A DNA stretch of 64,000 nt, taken from contig OX597836.1 in NCBI GenBank assembly GCA_951406725.2, forward strand, positions 23,436,001-23,500,000. The letters run 5' to 3'. Below, piece after piece: positions 41,391-54,419 of the stretch (positions are counted from its first letter, which is position 1; each line of letters opens with the position of its first letter). This DNA comes from Octopus vulgaris. Lineage: Eukaryota. The notes below the pieces were generated by a model. It did no database searches. It was not told where the DNA came from and saw only the letters and a program-made list of their open reading frames with translations. The position numbers were made by a program, and so were the translations under genes.

Positions 41391-43785
41391 GTAAGTCAGA
41401 AATATCTTGTTCATTCTCTCTCTTTCCTGTTTTCTTTTTCTCCACATTCCTTCTCTTTAAAGACTTGGTATGGTACATCTGTATCACTCACTGACACCCT
41501 AGATTCTTTGTTGTCATTATTGTCCTTGCCATCATTACCACTGCTACTATAGCTGCCATTTTTACATCCATTTTCTCATTCTGTCATTCTGTCAGACAGA
41601 ATTTGTCATGGCAGAATTTCAACGTCTTTGTTTGTTGACCTGGAGCCATAACAGGAGACCCTTGTTCCAGGCAACCACAGAATGGGACTGCATCTGAAAC
41701 CATTCATCCAAAATATAAAGATCATCTGATTAGTTGGCTTGAAGTTACTACTCCAGCCTCTGCTCTATAAATTTACTGTACCCTTATTCCACCAATTCTA
41801 CAGCTATTGGAGAGTCCTTTAACCCCGACTCACATATCTCTCCTTCTCTCATCCTCACCATAACACCCTCCCCCAGTCCCTACTCTAATCTCTAGTATCA
41901 GTCCTGTGTTGTGGGTCTGCCAACCCTCTGGAATTGGAGCCCTCCTCATATTTTTCCTGTTCGAGAAGAGCATTAGTTACATTGATCTTACTGGTCAAGG
42001 TGGTCTTGTGCTGCTGGCCATGTGCTTTGAAACCACAGATCAGTCATTAAAATATCTGACTTACTTGGTACATACAAGATTTCTGGTCCAATCCATGTTC
42101 TTCTACAAGAATATTGGTGTTCCTGAAATCAACTGGGGAAAATATGTATTGAAACATTGCATCAACAACTTACCTTATTTAAGAAAGTAATAAAAGAAAA
42201 AAGCTGACAACACAGAAAAAGATTTCTAAATAAAGCAATTGGCTTATGGCTAAAGATATTATTATTCCAATAGCAGCCAAAAAATATTCACTGTGTATTT
42301 TTTTTTTTTTTTTTTGAGGCCATTATTGATAGAACATCAATAAAATAGAGAAAAGAAATACTGCTCATGTACATGTAAAACGTCTGTCAGGCACCAGTGC
42401 AGGGTCTGTCAGGAGGGTGTGGGTATAATGTGGCTAATTTACTGAATGTTCTCTACAGGAAAGTTGTCTCCAAAAATTCTGCTGATATAAAAGCTGGCAA
42501 AATTTCTACCAGTCATTCATGTTTTAGAGACTTCTTTCCACTACTACTTTTGGAATATAGTTCCATGTATTTATAATTTATTTAAAACAAACAGAAGTTG
42601 AAAGAAAGAGAGTAAAAATAAAATAACTGGGTTTTGATTGTTTCAATAAATTTATAAAAACCATGTTAAAGCAGACAGAGGAGCTTGGCATGCTACTCTG
42701 GCTTATCAGCTCCTGTCAAACCATCCAACTCATACCAGCATGAAAGATGGATGTTAAATGATGATGATAGTGATGATAAATAAATCTAAGAAATGTAATC
42801 TTTGCATCAGAAAAACATTCCACAATCCATCATGATGTTAAATCAAAAGTCTGAGTTCATCTTGACCTGTTGGCATGTTAGCAAAGTTCAATTAAAAACC
42901 TTTAGAAAAACCTCTCTGACTTGCCAGATGCAACTCCTTCTACTGGTTAACAGTAGCTGTCCCATAGCAAACCACTTAGAACATTAAGTATTTTATTTCT
43001 CATTTTTCTCTCCTGTTCAATACAATTTGTCTTTGTGTGAACTGCATGATGAGGAGTCCAGCTATAAATTGTGTACATATATACAAATAAATAAACAACT
43101 GTATAGATATGAAAGGCATATATGCATTCATACTAATGCATACATATGCATACACTCCCATGTATCTCTGTGTATAGTGTTACACACGTGCAATACAAAT
43201 ACATTCATTATGTAAATACAAATATAATACATCTATATCTAAAAAAAATGCAAAGGTAAAAAAACACCTTCTTTACCAAAACCCTGTATTAATTTCTACA
43301 TTCGATTAAGTCTTCCATAAGACTTAGGTGTCATAAGGCCAGAGCTTTGTTGAGCTTTCATGCACATAAGGGGCTGATATTATAGCACATCTCACTGAAC
43401 AGTGAATGGGATACAGTCTGTTGCAGAGCTAACTTCTCGGCTATTGCTGGCATTCATTTGCAGCTTAGTGGTCTGCAGCAATGTTAAATGAAGTGTTTTG
43501 TTCAACAATGCAACACACTGCCTAGTCTGGGAATTGAAACCCTCATTGTACAATTCTGAATGCAACATCCTAACCGCTAGGTTACACATCTTCACAATTT
43601 CTACATGGATACATTTCAAACATTTCTTCACTCTATAAATTGAATTTATTAACTATATTTTATTTTATTCTTTTCTTTTCATGCTAAATATTTAAGGCTG
43701 CGTGTTTGTGCAATAAACAAAACAAATATTTAGGCATATTTTTTAAATCTTTTGATGATTGTTTTCTTTTTCTTTATACTATTAG

Positions 43786-43890
43786 CTGTTCAAAAGGGCT
43801 GTGGCTCTAACAGTACAATTCTTGATTGTGGAGGCTTGTCTGACAGTGAAGAACATTGTTTCCTTCCTGTGTCTTCTACAACAACTTCAG
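43786..43890 (+). CDS. Exon B2: Frizzled CRD 2, C-terminal part
   Basis: attag| acceptor; AVQKGCGSNSTILDCGGLSDSEEHCFLPVSSTTTS; G|gtaaac donor; same Cys spacing as B1. Not in the ORF track. Confidence 0.88.
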
Positions 43891-44068
43891 GTAAACAATT
43901 TTATGTATCTATTTACTTACAATCATGAATACATATAAATGGTTATAAACTATGAAACTATTGTCAGTTCTGAATACTGCTGACTGTCTGATGAATGGAG
44001 TCATGAAACTCTGAGTTAATAGTTTATACAGTTTTTCAGCTTCAATAAAATAAAATAAAATAAAATAA

Positions 44069-44103
<35 letters not shown>

Positions 44104-44687
44104 AGAGGGAAACCACTATGTGGGCACCCATATGCTAGAAATAGATCCGCTACGATATCATCACTAAGAAATGTTCTCAAGAAAAATTTATTTAGCAAAA
44201 CAACCAAAACGTAATCGAGCAAGACAAAAGAAAAAGTAATAAAAATATGGATTATTTGCATACATGTTTCACTATCAACAAATTACGCAATCTTACTTAC
44301 GTAACTTATGTAGTTGTCTGTAGATCATCGGTACGACTGTCCAAGGTGAATATAATTTGCAGGACTGCATACTAGGACATCCACACAAAGTCAGACTTGT
44401 GTAAAACAGTCCTACCCATTACACTCGTGGCTGCTATTTCAAATGTCCTCGTCTTGGCGCACTAAATTACCAGAAAAACTGATGCTGCAGATAAAAATGA
44501 ATGTGTTGTCCAAAGAAGAAACAATCTGAAATCAAAATCTGCAACTTTTTCTCTTCTCTCTTCCCTCCATTCTCTCCCCCCACCCCACATGTTGTTGCTT
44601 TTCCCTCTCTCTTCTTTGTCAATTGTGATGATAGTGTTGTCAAAGGAATTGGTTTTGTTTATCTCTGAATGTTTTTTAATTCTTCAG

Positions 44688-44756
44688 TTCCTGCCAGTTC
44701 TACCTACACTGTTCATCAGACAACAGTAATTACACACAAAACTACAGATATAAACG
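44688..44756 (+). CDS. Exon C2: S/T-rich linker
   Basis: ttcttcag| acceptor; VPASSTYTVHQTTVITHKTTDIN; G|gtaaat donor; paralogous to C1 (HQ.T...T..TT.IN). Confidence 0.8.
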
Positions 44757-46111
44757 GTAAATTATACTTTTATTTTTCCATATCATCATCATCATTATTG
44801 CCATTGTCACATCATTGTCATTGTGGGTTGTATGTTATTTCAATGGATTTCTAACTCATGATTTTGTATTCATTATAAGAAACTTGAATGATATTCGGTC
44901 AGACTATGCTTTGAGGTGTTATGCGTAAAGAATATACAAATGTTCATTGCACCAACTGCAGCCAATACAGTGGAATCATGTCAGTGACCATGCTGCAGTT
45001 GGTGCAATGAACATTTTGACACCAAATAATAAATGTTTAAGTGAAATTAACAGCCAATGTTTTTGAATGGCTGATATGTGTCTTCAAGGCTGCAATTGTT
45101 TTAGTTTCAACGTTATAATATAGCTAGGTAAAATACTCTTCATAGATTGTACTTAAGATGAAAAGCTGAGATCATTTCAAATTCTATCGTCATTATTAAT
45201 GACTTGAATATCCTATTAATGTCCACTGTTATGGTATAAAGTCACTTTTCCAATAAAAGAAGAAAAACTAATTGATTTTTTTACTGAATTGAAATTTTTG
45301 TTGAGATTGATTTTGTCTTTCTCCATTACTAAAAGGATATTTGTTCCACCATTGCCAGCATGGAAGGCGGACGTTGAACGATGATGATATTGCAAAATAA
45401 ATGGCGGCATTGTACTATAACCATTTTAAGTTAACTGTAGAGCTATTTTCTGACAAAGTTGTTGATTTCTCTTCTGTTCTCCCATTGAATATAGAGCAGC
45501 AAAATGCTATACTGAGTTTAGTTTACATTGTTATCTCCCTTCAGAGAGAGTCTATTTAGTATAAACATATTTATAATATCGAGTATTCGATACCATAACC
45601 TGACTGTAAGCTCTCAACTGCCTAAATTCATAAAGGATTTACTATTTAGAAATTTAATTTTTTTGTCTATTAAAACTCCAACCCCTCACATTGTATCTCC
45701 ATTACATTCAGAAGTTGCTTAGACATGAAAACCAAATGATGTAGCGGGTATAGATAAATAAATTTGAGATAGGATTATGTAGAAGGGTTGTGGCTATCTT
45801 AACAACAGTCAAATGGTAGTCATGATGATAATACTTGAAATAAAACCTCATTCTCTTTTGCTTTATCTTACCTTATATTTTTTTATAGGCCGCCTAACAA
45901 GTTCTGAACTGTCCCCTTATATATCCCTTCTATCACCATTTCCCAATACATGTCCAAAACTTGATGGTTCCCAACATATATCTGTCCATATGGTTTTTAC
46001 ATTTTATCAATGTTTCTGTTAAGTTAATATTTCTCATTCAATACATCATATGAAACTGAATTGTTTAAATCTGCCAACTGCATTTTCTAAACTCTTTTAT
46101 ATCTTTGACAG

Positions 46112-46345
46112 ACAACTGTTTCCCACTGAAGTTCCAGAAATGTCTTGATGCTGGCTATTCTCGAACCATGTTCCCAAATATCAAAGGTGAAACTGCTGAA
46201 GGAGCCATAATATCATTTAATACTTCTGCACTTCCCATCATAAACAGTGGTTGTTCTCCCCTCAGTTTACACTATATGTGTGGTTTGTTGTTCCCAAAAT
46301 GTGAAAATGGTCAAGCAAAATTCTCTTGCAAGTCCACTTGTCTTG
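46112..46345 (+). CDS. Exon A3: Frizzled CRD 3, N-terminal part
   Basis: 234 nt, near-identical to A1 and A2; canonical splice sites. Confidence 0.9.
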
Positions 46346-47587
46346 GTAAGTGAGAAATATCTTGTTGAAATTGTTTCACTAATTATTTCACTTGTTTATT
46401 ATTTTGATTATGATGATTGTAAAGAATTTCCTGGGGTAAGGTTCAGAACATAAATGTGTTCTGTTGTTTCTGGGAGATAAAATATAGGAAGGAAATGCTG
46501 GAGGAATTTACCTGATGAGTCAAAGAGAAGGTCGGTGAAATTTGAAATTTAGGATAAAGTAATTAGGTGTGATGTAGTGCCTAGAACAGGGAACTCCAAA
46601 ACATGTAGCTATTGGAATAGCTTACTGGATTGCTTGTGTCATGGGCACTAAAATGTAAGGGAGTTTCTGGAAGAAACCAGGAGATAATGCTTATCGTGAT
46701 CAGCAATAAAACAGATGGCAACAAAATTTTAACACACTCTATAACAATATCAGCTTTCTATCAGCACAAGGCCTGAAATTTGGAAACCAGGAGATGATGC
46801 TTAGTTTTGGTGCATTTCATTTGTTTATCAACATGAGAAAATACTGGATTGGGATGGACTCAGTGACTGATGAAGCTTTTAAGATTTAGAAAACAGTCAT
46901 TACTGTGAAACCATGAATCTGATTAAGCTAAAACATTGAAATTGGATTTTGAATAATTTTGGAAAATAAGAATTATTTTTGAAACGACATTTATTATGTT
47001 GTTAGTTACAGTCATGGGATGCCTTATTCTTAAAAAAAAACTTTCAATGTTGTAAGGGAGAGAGAACTACATGAGTGGTAGTCATGGAATCATAAAGAGG
47101 ACAGTCTCAAACCCCACCAAAATTTTTAAAAAAAAGAAGAAAAATCAACAGTAGCATTGACATGTAACAATAGTAAAAATAAGAGAAAACCCTATCAGCC
47201 CCTACTTTGCATGATCTCTCCCCACCCAACTTTATTTGCTTCATCTACCCTCTGGGTAGCCATTTCCTTCATTACAAGAATTATTTAACTAAATTTTACA
47301 CCTTCCTTTTCGTTTTGACATAACTACAGTCTGTTTTGTTTAATTGCATGGCCTTAATGGTTGAAATCCATATGTAATTAACAGGAATAGGTAATAAATT
47401 ATAAGTTTGTCAGTCATATTATCAGTGGTAAGCTATTGTGACCATGTTGCACATGTAGGGATTATGTAATAAAGTAAAATTTTATAAAATTCACAATACA
47501 TTTTAGGGATTCCTAATTTGCCCATTTTCTCCCCCAGTATAAGCTATGTTTGTTATTGATCCTTTAAATCCCTTTGATATTCTTTAA

Positions 47588-47807
47588 CCCTTTCATTACT
47601 GTATTTATTTTGAGATGCTCTGTGTTTCTTTCAATTACTTTAAATATAACAAAGAATTTAGTAAAATAATTTGGTTATCATTCAGCTAGTGTTAGGAACA
47701 TAAATTGTGACTAAGGTTTGGTGGAAGATTTTAATTCAAAACTTATGGAAACAAGACATTTGTACTCAGAGCCAGAGCCGGTTTCAGCCGGGTTGGTCAC
47801 GAAAGGG
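47588..47807. mobile_element. piggyBac-type MITE, copy 2
   Basis: Reverse complement of 29498-29717; TTAA on both sides. Confidence 0.85.
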
Positions 47808-47931
47808 TTAATTAGACAAGATTATCCAGTCATCCCAACAATAATTTTCATACACTTTGAATGACTTAATAATGACAGCTAGGAGCAGTCTGGTGAAATA
47901 AAACTAAAATAACAACAGTCAGATTTAGGAT

Positions 47932-48316
47932 AATAATAATAATAATAATAATGAAATTATTGTATACAGTGCTCAGGTGCACCACAACTTGTCAGAAAGT
48001 GCATATAAAGTACATGCAGCAATGTAGAAATGTCTGGAAAGTGAACATGCTTGTGTGTGTATGGAGGGGAGAAAATCAAGTGTAGTGTTGGCGAATCTCA
48101 GGAAACATGGAAGTTTTGAAGGATGCAGTGCTCCGACAACTAACAACTGATGCCGGCAGTTTGTTCCACGCTTCAGCAACTCTCAGCGTGAAAAAATGTT
48201 TCCTGAAGTCATGGGAGCTGTGCTGTTTTCTTATTTTGTAAATATGTCCACGGGTGTTAGATGGGTGGATTTTGAAGAGGTGCTCAGAGTTATTGTTTGT
48301 GCGATGGTTGATAATG
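47932..48316 (-). mobile_element. CR1-clade LINE 3' fragment
   Basis: Minus strand RKHFFTLRVAEAWNKLPASVVSCRSTASFK, the CR1 ORF2 C-terminal FF..RV...WN.LP..VV motif, ending in (ATT)n. Confidence 0.7.
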
Positions 48317-48887
48317 CAGTTGATAAAAACAACAAAATACCACCCTTTTAATGCTTGGTGTAAAACTAATGTTTTTATACAATTTATCTTCGAAAATACA
48401 TCAATAACATTTATTTACAAAAATAACTCATTGCAACAGTGAATACATTTGACTTATTGAAATTGGAGTTTTGTAAAACATAAAGCATTGACTTTAGTCA
48501 TTTTAGCTCATTATAAAAACAGAATTACTTCAATCAAGAATCACATCCTAACTACAAAATCACAAAAATCTTAAATTTTATGCTACATTTTCTACTTGAT
48601 TATTAAGAAAATCTGAAACAGTTTCATGAAATCAACCAACTTTGACTTTTTTTTAACATACAATTAAATTCATTAATTTTACATGTTTGATGTCAAAGAA
48701 TTCAAGTGTTTTGAAACAAGATACCATTAATTGAATTATGTAATTACCAATTATGCAATTAAGCAGAACTGACTGAATTCAGACATTAATTACTCACTCA
48801 AAATATACACAGTGTTGCCTGAACCACCATGTTTTAAATTCACAAATCTATTACCTCTCTCTCTCTCTTTCTCTTTTCTTATACCAG

Positions 48888-48992
48888 CCGTAGAAAAGAA
48901 CTGTGGTAAAAATGCAACTCTCCTGCCATGTGAAAATTTGGTTGATGACGAGACGTATTGTTTCCTACCTGAACCACACACCACTGCACCAA
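48888..48992 (+). CDS. Exon B3: Frizzled CRD 3, C-terminal part
   Basis: AVEKNCGKNATLLPCENLVDDETYCFLPEPHTTAP; near-identical to B1; A|gtatgt donor. Confidence 0.9.
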
Positions 48993-49358
48993 GTATGTCC
49001 TGCCTGTTGTCTTACTGTTTGTTGCTTCTATTTTCTAACAGTTGTCCCTGACTAATTAAAATGACATTCTTAGTTAATATTTTTAATCCTGAAATTAGTA
49101 GGATTATAGGAACATTGTATAATACTATCCCCTCTGCCTACACTAAAGTAGATCATTGTGTAACCTGCTTGATATAGAAGTCAAATCCCCTTCAAATCAT
49201 ACCCTATCATTTTAAATAAATTATACACACGCACACACATATAGATGTGTGCGTGTGTGTATAATTATCCAGGCAGGTTCAATAATAGCTCTATGGGAAT
49301 GTCCCAGGTTTTGGTTAACTGCATCAGGTAGTAATAACCATTGGTGATTACTTAGTAT

Positions 49359-49591
49359 TTATTTCTTTGCTGCCCACAAGGGGCTAAACATAGAGGGGAC
49401 AAACAAGGACAGACAAAGGGATTAAGTCTATTACATCGACCCTCGTGCGAAACTAGTACTTTATTTATCGACCCTGAAAGGATGAAAGGCAAAGTCGACC
49501 TCGGCGGAATTTGAACTCAGAACGTAACTTCAGATGAAATACTGTGAAGCACTTCGCCTGGTGCGCTAACGTTTCTGCCAGCTCGCCGCCT
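49359..49591 (-). mobile_element. SINE family A with TSD
   Basis: Flanked by attacttagtatt. Confidence 0.85.
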
Positions 49592-49687
49592 TATTACTTA
49601 GTATTAACAATCTCACTGCAATTCTTCTAATGGATAACTCTGGGTGCACTTCACTGGATTATCCATATTTTCAAAAGTGTAAATTTC

Positions 49688-49867
49688 AAACAATTACAAA
49701 GAATGCAGAGACTGGTACATCTTTCAAGTTTTTCTTTTCATTTTACAGTTGGTCACACAGCATAGTATCGGTCACTTTAATCAACTAATTATACTGTATG
49801 ACCAACCGTAAAATTAAAAGAAAAATTTGAAACATGTACCAGTTTCCGTATTCTTTGTAATTGTTTA
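49688..49867. repeat. Foldback inverted repeat (MITE-like)
   Basis: ~77-bp imperfect arms AAACAATTACAAAGAAT...ATTCTTTGTAATTGTTT. Confidence 0.75.
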
Positions 49868-50395
49868 TATATATATATTAGTTAATAAAGTGCACGGTAT
49901 ACACCTATTAGTTTGCCAGTAAAGCACGTTCGTTGGGCGTGTGATTAATGCTCGGAACAGAAGACATAGGAATCTTTATTGATCACTACAATCGTTTCAA
50001 CCTGTCTAGCATCATTTAATGATATTTCTCTTAGAAGATAATTCTGGTACAAACAAATTGTCACAGACTGGCTGTAGACTTTTAAACACCTGAAAGTTGA
50101 TGACATTTATCTTAACGATAATGTATTATGTTAATTAAATAATGTTTGTTCAACCCCACATATTTCTCATTGTTTTCTTTTTCATTTATATACAGTCTAT
50201 TGTTTTAGATATCATTTTTGAAATTTCTCATTTTTCTTATATATGTAGTATGTGTGTGTGTTTGTGAGGGTAGGCATGTCCAAGAAACATTACACTGGTT
50301 TGTTAGAGAATGGCTGAGCGTTGGGTGGATGGCGTAGTTTGCTGAGTTTTATCTATTTCCAAACTGCTGTGACATGATATTTATTTTTGTTGCAG

Positions 50396-50440
50396 CCACT
50401 GTCTCCAGTACGACAACAAAGTCACAAACTCCAGCACCTG
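50396..50440 (+). CDS. Exon C3: short S/T linker
   Basis: tttgttgcag| acceptor; TTVSSTTTKSQTPAP; G|gtatta donor; 45 nt, phase 1-1. Confidence 0.7.
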
Positions 50441-51421
50441 GTATTATAACCTTTATTATTCTATTATTATTTTTGTCATTAATTATCATCCTGACCATAG
50501 ACACGCTGGTTGCAATGAGCATTACTGACATTTTCATTTTCCATGTTATCATTATTATTCTTAATATCAATGGTCTCTTTATCATCATCATCGTCTTCAT
50601 TTTCTATATTGTCATCATTGTTGCTATCTCCAACATTATCTCCATCCTCACTAACCCTGTTATTGTTATTATCACTATTACCTTCATCCTCTTTGTCATT
50701 ATTCTCTTCATTTTCAAGGTCATCATCATTACTATAAACATTATTATCAAAACGATCATCACACCCACACATAACTAAAAAGTTTAGATCAGCCTTGGAA
50801 GCTTCTAAACAGGGGTTTACCTTGCTGAAATTTGCAACCAAATCCTTCTTAAATTGCTCCCCACTTTACCAAAAAAAAAAAAAAAATGAAAAATCCATCA
50901 CAATCAATATCTAATGTCTGGAATACTTATCAAATAAGAAGTTGATTGAGAAAAAGTAAAGATCAATACTGAGATCAACATCAAGCTGAAAATTGATGAC
51001 TGTGATTCCATGTGAAATAATAGTCAATAAGAAGATTGAAACTGCATCTGTATTTTTCTCTCTCTCTCTCTTACACACTCACAGAATCACAAACTTGTAA
51101 ACATCTCCAGAATTACATCAAAATATAACTCAGAAAAATAGAAGCTTTGACATCATTTCAGAAAGTTTCACAAGTCCAGCAACAATTTTACTCCACAAAA
51201 TAAACACCTTTCTAATTAATACATCAAAACAAGTGGGAGGGGTGGGGGTGCTGCCGCCGCAGAATGATAATTTTGTTTTTACAGCATTAACTTTCAAATT
51301 TGATGCTCAAAACTTGTCTTCAATTAAACAAACACACATGCACAACAGCATACAAGTGTGTTAAAACACACACACACACACACACTCATGCATATGTGTA
51401 TGTATATATGTGTTCATGCTA

Positions 51422-51453
<32 letters not shown>

Positions 51454-51552
51454 TATATATAAATATAATGTGATTTGCTGTATCAGTGCATCTGCATCAC
51501 ATTTTAATACTTCATTTCTTCCTTTTTTTTTGTCTTTGTTTCATCTTTGTAG

Positions 51553-51792
51553 ATATTTGCTTTGATATGAAATCTCATGTTTGTGAACAAGCTGGCTACA
51601 AGCACACCATGTTTCCAAATCTCTTTAATGATGAAGACTACCAATCAGCAGAGAAAACTTTCAACTCCCTGGCCTCGCCTGTTATCCAACGCAAATGCTC
51701 TCCACTTGCCTTGCACTATGTGTGTGGTGTCATTTTCCCACAGTGCGATGCTTTGGGACAAAGTCGATATTCATGTCAAACAACTTGTCTAG
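51553..51792 (+). CDS. Exon A4: Frizzled CRD 4, N-terminal part
   Basis: DICFDMKSHVCEQAGYKHTMFPNLFN...KCSPLALHYVCGVIFPQCDALGQSRYSCQTTCL; G|gtaagc donor. Confidence 0.92.
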
Positions 51793-52408
51793 GTAAGCTT
51801 ACTTTGTGATAACATTTCTGCGTTATTCCAAAGATGTATAAATATAATTTTAGATAATTCCCAGAGATGTGCTAGAAAATTTCAAATTCATTCTGTTTCT
51901 TTGAGCATATGTATGTTTGGGTAATCTATACATACACACTCATGTATACACATACATACACACAAAAAAAATCATTCATCCATCCATCCATCCATCCATC
52001 CATAAATGCAGGTAAAGCTATGTGGTTAAAAATGTTTGTTTCCCTGTCTCATGGTTTGGGGTTCAGTCCTACCTTGGGGTATGTGTCTTCTATATCTTGG
52101 GCTTATGTTGGCTTTTTGTTCCTGTTCATGACAAAATCACAGACTACAGCATACATCTGATCACAAAAACACAAATTTCACAACTTGTGAAGTAAACACA
52201 GTGATGTCACTTGGCACACTGACTCATGAAGGTCACTGCTATCTCTCACTGTACCTGCAACCATGTGCTGCCATCTGTTGAGACATGATAGAGCTATTTC
52301 TGGAACTTTTTGAAACCACCTCGTATTAATAGAACACAGCTTCTCGTTTACAATCACATTCTATTATAAACAACAATTTGTTTAAATAAAGTATTATTTC
52401 TATTTCAG

Positions 52409-52510
52409 CTGTGAAACGAGACTGTGGAGAATCGGCAATAATCTTTGATTGTGATTTCTTAATTGATGACAAAGCGTATTGCTTTCTTCCACCAAATATA
52501 ACAACAGACC
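52409..52510 (+). CDS. Exon B4: Frizzled CRD 4, C-terminal part
   Basis: tatttcag| acceptor; AVKRDCGESAIIFDCDFLIDDKAYCFLPPNITTD; C|gtaaat donor. Confidence 0.88.
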
Positions 52511-52631
52511 GTAAATATTCATCTTTGTTTCTTTTTTCTTTTCATTATTTTCTTTGTTTTACAATCATATTCCTGTTTTTTTTTTGTTAGTTATGAATAA
52601 ATCAATTAAATGGTTTTCCTTTCCTTTACAG

Positions 52632-52727
52632 GTCCTGGGGTCACAAATATGACGTCAACACCACCAACAACAACTACAACAACACCAACCACAACAACAA
52701 AAGCAGAGGTTACAACATTAACTCCAG
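52632..52727 (+). CDS. Exon C4: Thr/Pro-rich linker
   Basis: cctttacag| acceptor; RPGVTNMTSTPPTTTTTTPTTTTKAEVTTLTP; G|gttaga donor; 96 nt. Confidence 0.82.
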
Positions 52728-52843
52728 GTTAGATTATTTATTGTTGATATGAGCTACATTATAGGTGAGGATTTAAATGAGGATGGTATAATTAATTTAG
52801 CTATGGAGGCCTAATGGATGCAGATGGGGATGACATAATTGTT

Positions 52844-53900
52844 ATAGATGAGGGTGACATAATTGATGTACATGCAGGTGGCCTTGTAGATGAGGGTGGC
52901 ATAATTGATGTACATGCAGGTGGCCTTGTAGATGAGGGTGGCATAATTGATGTACATGCAGGTGGCCTTGTAGATGAGGGTGGCATAATTGATGTACATG
53001 CAGGTGGCCTTGTAGATGAGGGTGGCATAATTGATGTACATGCAGGTGGCCTTGTAGATGAGGGTGGCATAATTGATGTACATGCTGGTGGCCTTGTAGA
53101 TGAGGGTGGCATAATTGATGTACATGCAGGTGGTCTTGTAGATGAGGGTGACATAATTGATGTACATGCAGGTGGCCTTGTAGATGAGGGTGACATAACT
53201 GATGTAGATGAGGGTGGCATAATTGATGTACATGCAGGTGGCCTTGTAGATGAGGGTGACATAATTGATGTACGTGCAGGTGGCCTTATAGATGAGGGTG
53301 GCATAATTGATGTACATGCAGGTGGCCTTGTAGATGAGGGTGACATAATTGATGTACATGCAGGTGGCCTTGTAGATGAGGGTGACATAATTGATGTACA
53401 TGCAGGTGGCCTTGTAGATGAGGGTGACATAATTGATGTACATGCAGGTGGCCTTGTAGATGAGGGTGACATAATTGATGTACATGCAGGTGGCCTTGTA
53501 GATGAGGGTGACATAATTGATGTACATGCAGGTGGCCTTGTAGATGAGGGTGGCATAATTGATGTACATGCAGGTGGCCTTGTAGATGAGGGTGACATAA
53601 TTGATGTACATGCAGGTGGCCTTGTAGATGAGGGTGACATAATTGATGTACATGCAGGTGGCCTTGTAGATGAGGGTGACATAATTGATGTACATGCAGG
53701 TGGCCTTGTAGATGAGGGTGGCATAATTGATGTACATGCAGGTGGCCTTGTAGATGAGGGTGTCATAATTGATGTACATGCAGGTGGCCTTGTAGATGAG
53801 GGTGACATAACTGATGTACATGCAGGTGGCCTTGTAGATGAGGGTGGCATAATTGATGTACATGCAGGTGGCCTTGTAGATGAGGGTGGCATAATTGATG
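52844..53900. repeat. Intronic 42-bp minisatellite, ~25 copies
   Basis: Unit GATGAGGGTGRCATAATTGATGTACATGCAGGTGGCCTTGTA. Confidence 0.95.
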
Positions 53901-54221
53901 CTGAGCAAGTAATTTAATTACTTCTGGTAATCATCTTAGTGTCTACAGTTATAGCTTCAAATCCTAATCAAACTGTTTTAGCATCTTAGATAAAAATTAC
54001 AGCCACTGCCATTTGCAAAGTCATTCATAGAGAGGGATAATCCAGCTGGGGCCGGAACAGAAGGTGCTAGCCACGATCTGACACATTGAGATCGATGTGT
54101 TCTTTGGAAGACTTCTTAAACACATAGTCGTGCTTATACTTACCTTCGTCACACTGCTTTGCTTATAAGGAGCAATAGAGATTTGAATTTTACTTTGCAA
54201 TATCTTTCTGTATTACATGTG

Positions 54222-54254
<33 letters not shown>

Positions 54255-54276
54255 TGTTTGTTTGTGTGTGTGTGTT

Positions 54277-54357
<81 letters not shown>

Positions 54358-54419
54358 ATTCTCTCATTATCTTTGTTTGCATATTATATGTAATATCATT
54401 TACATTTTATTTTCACCAG

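Noticed and set aside
50441-50841. Hydrophobic read-through ORF after exon C3, and an acidic antisense ORF
   Set aside because: Degenerate (ATT/ATC)n triplet tract; there is a usable splice donor at 50441.
52801-53917. Three ~365-aa repeat ORFs, or a CRISPR-like array
   Set aside because: Pure tandem 42-bp repeat without spacers; the open frames follow from a unit length divisible by 3.
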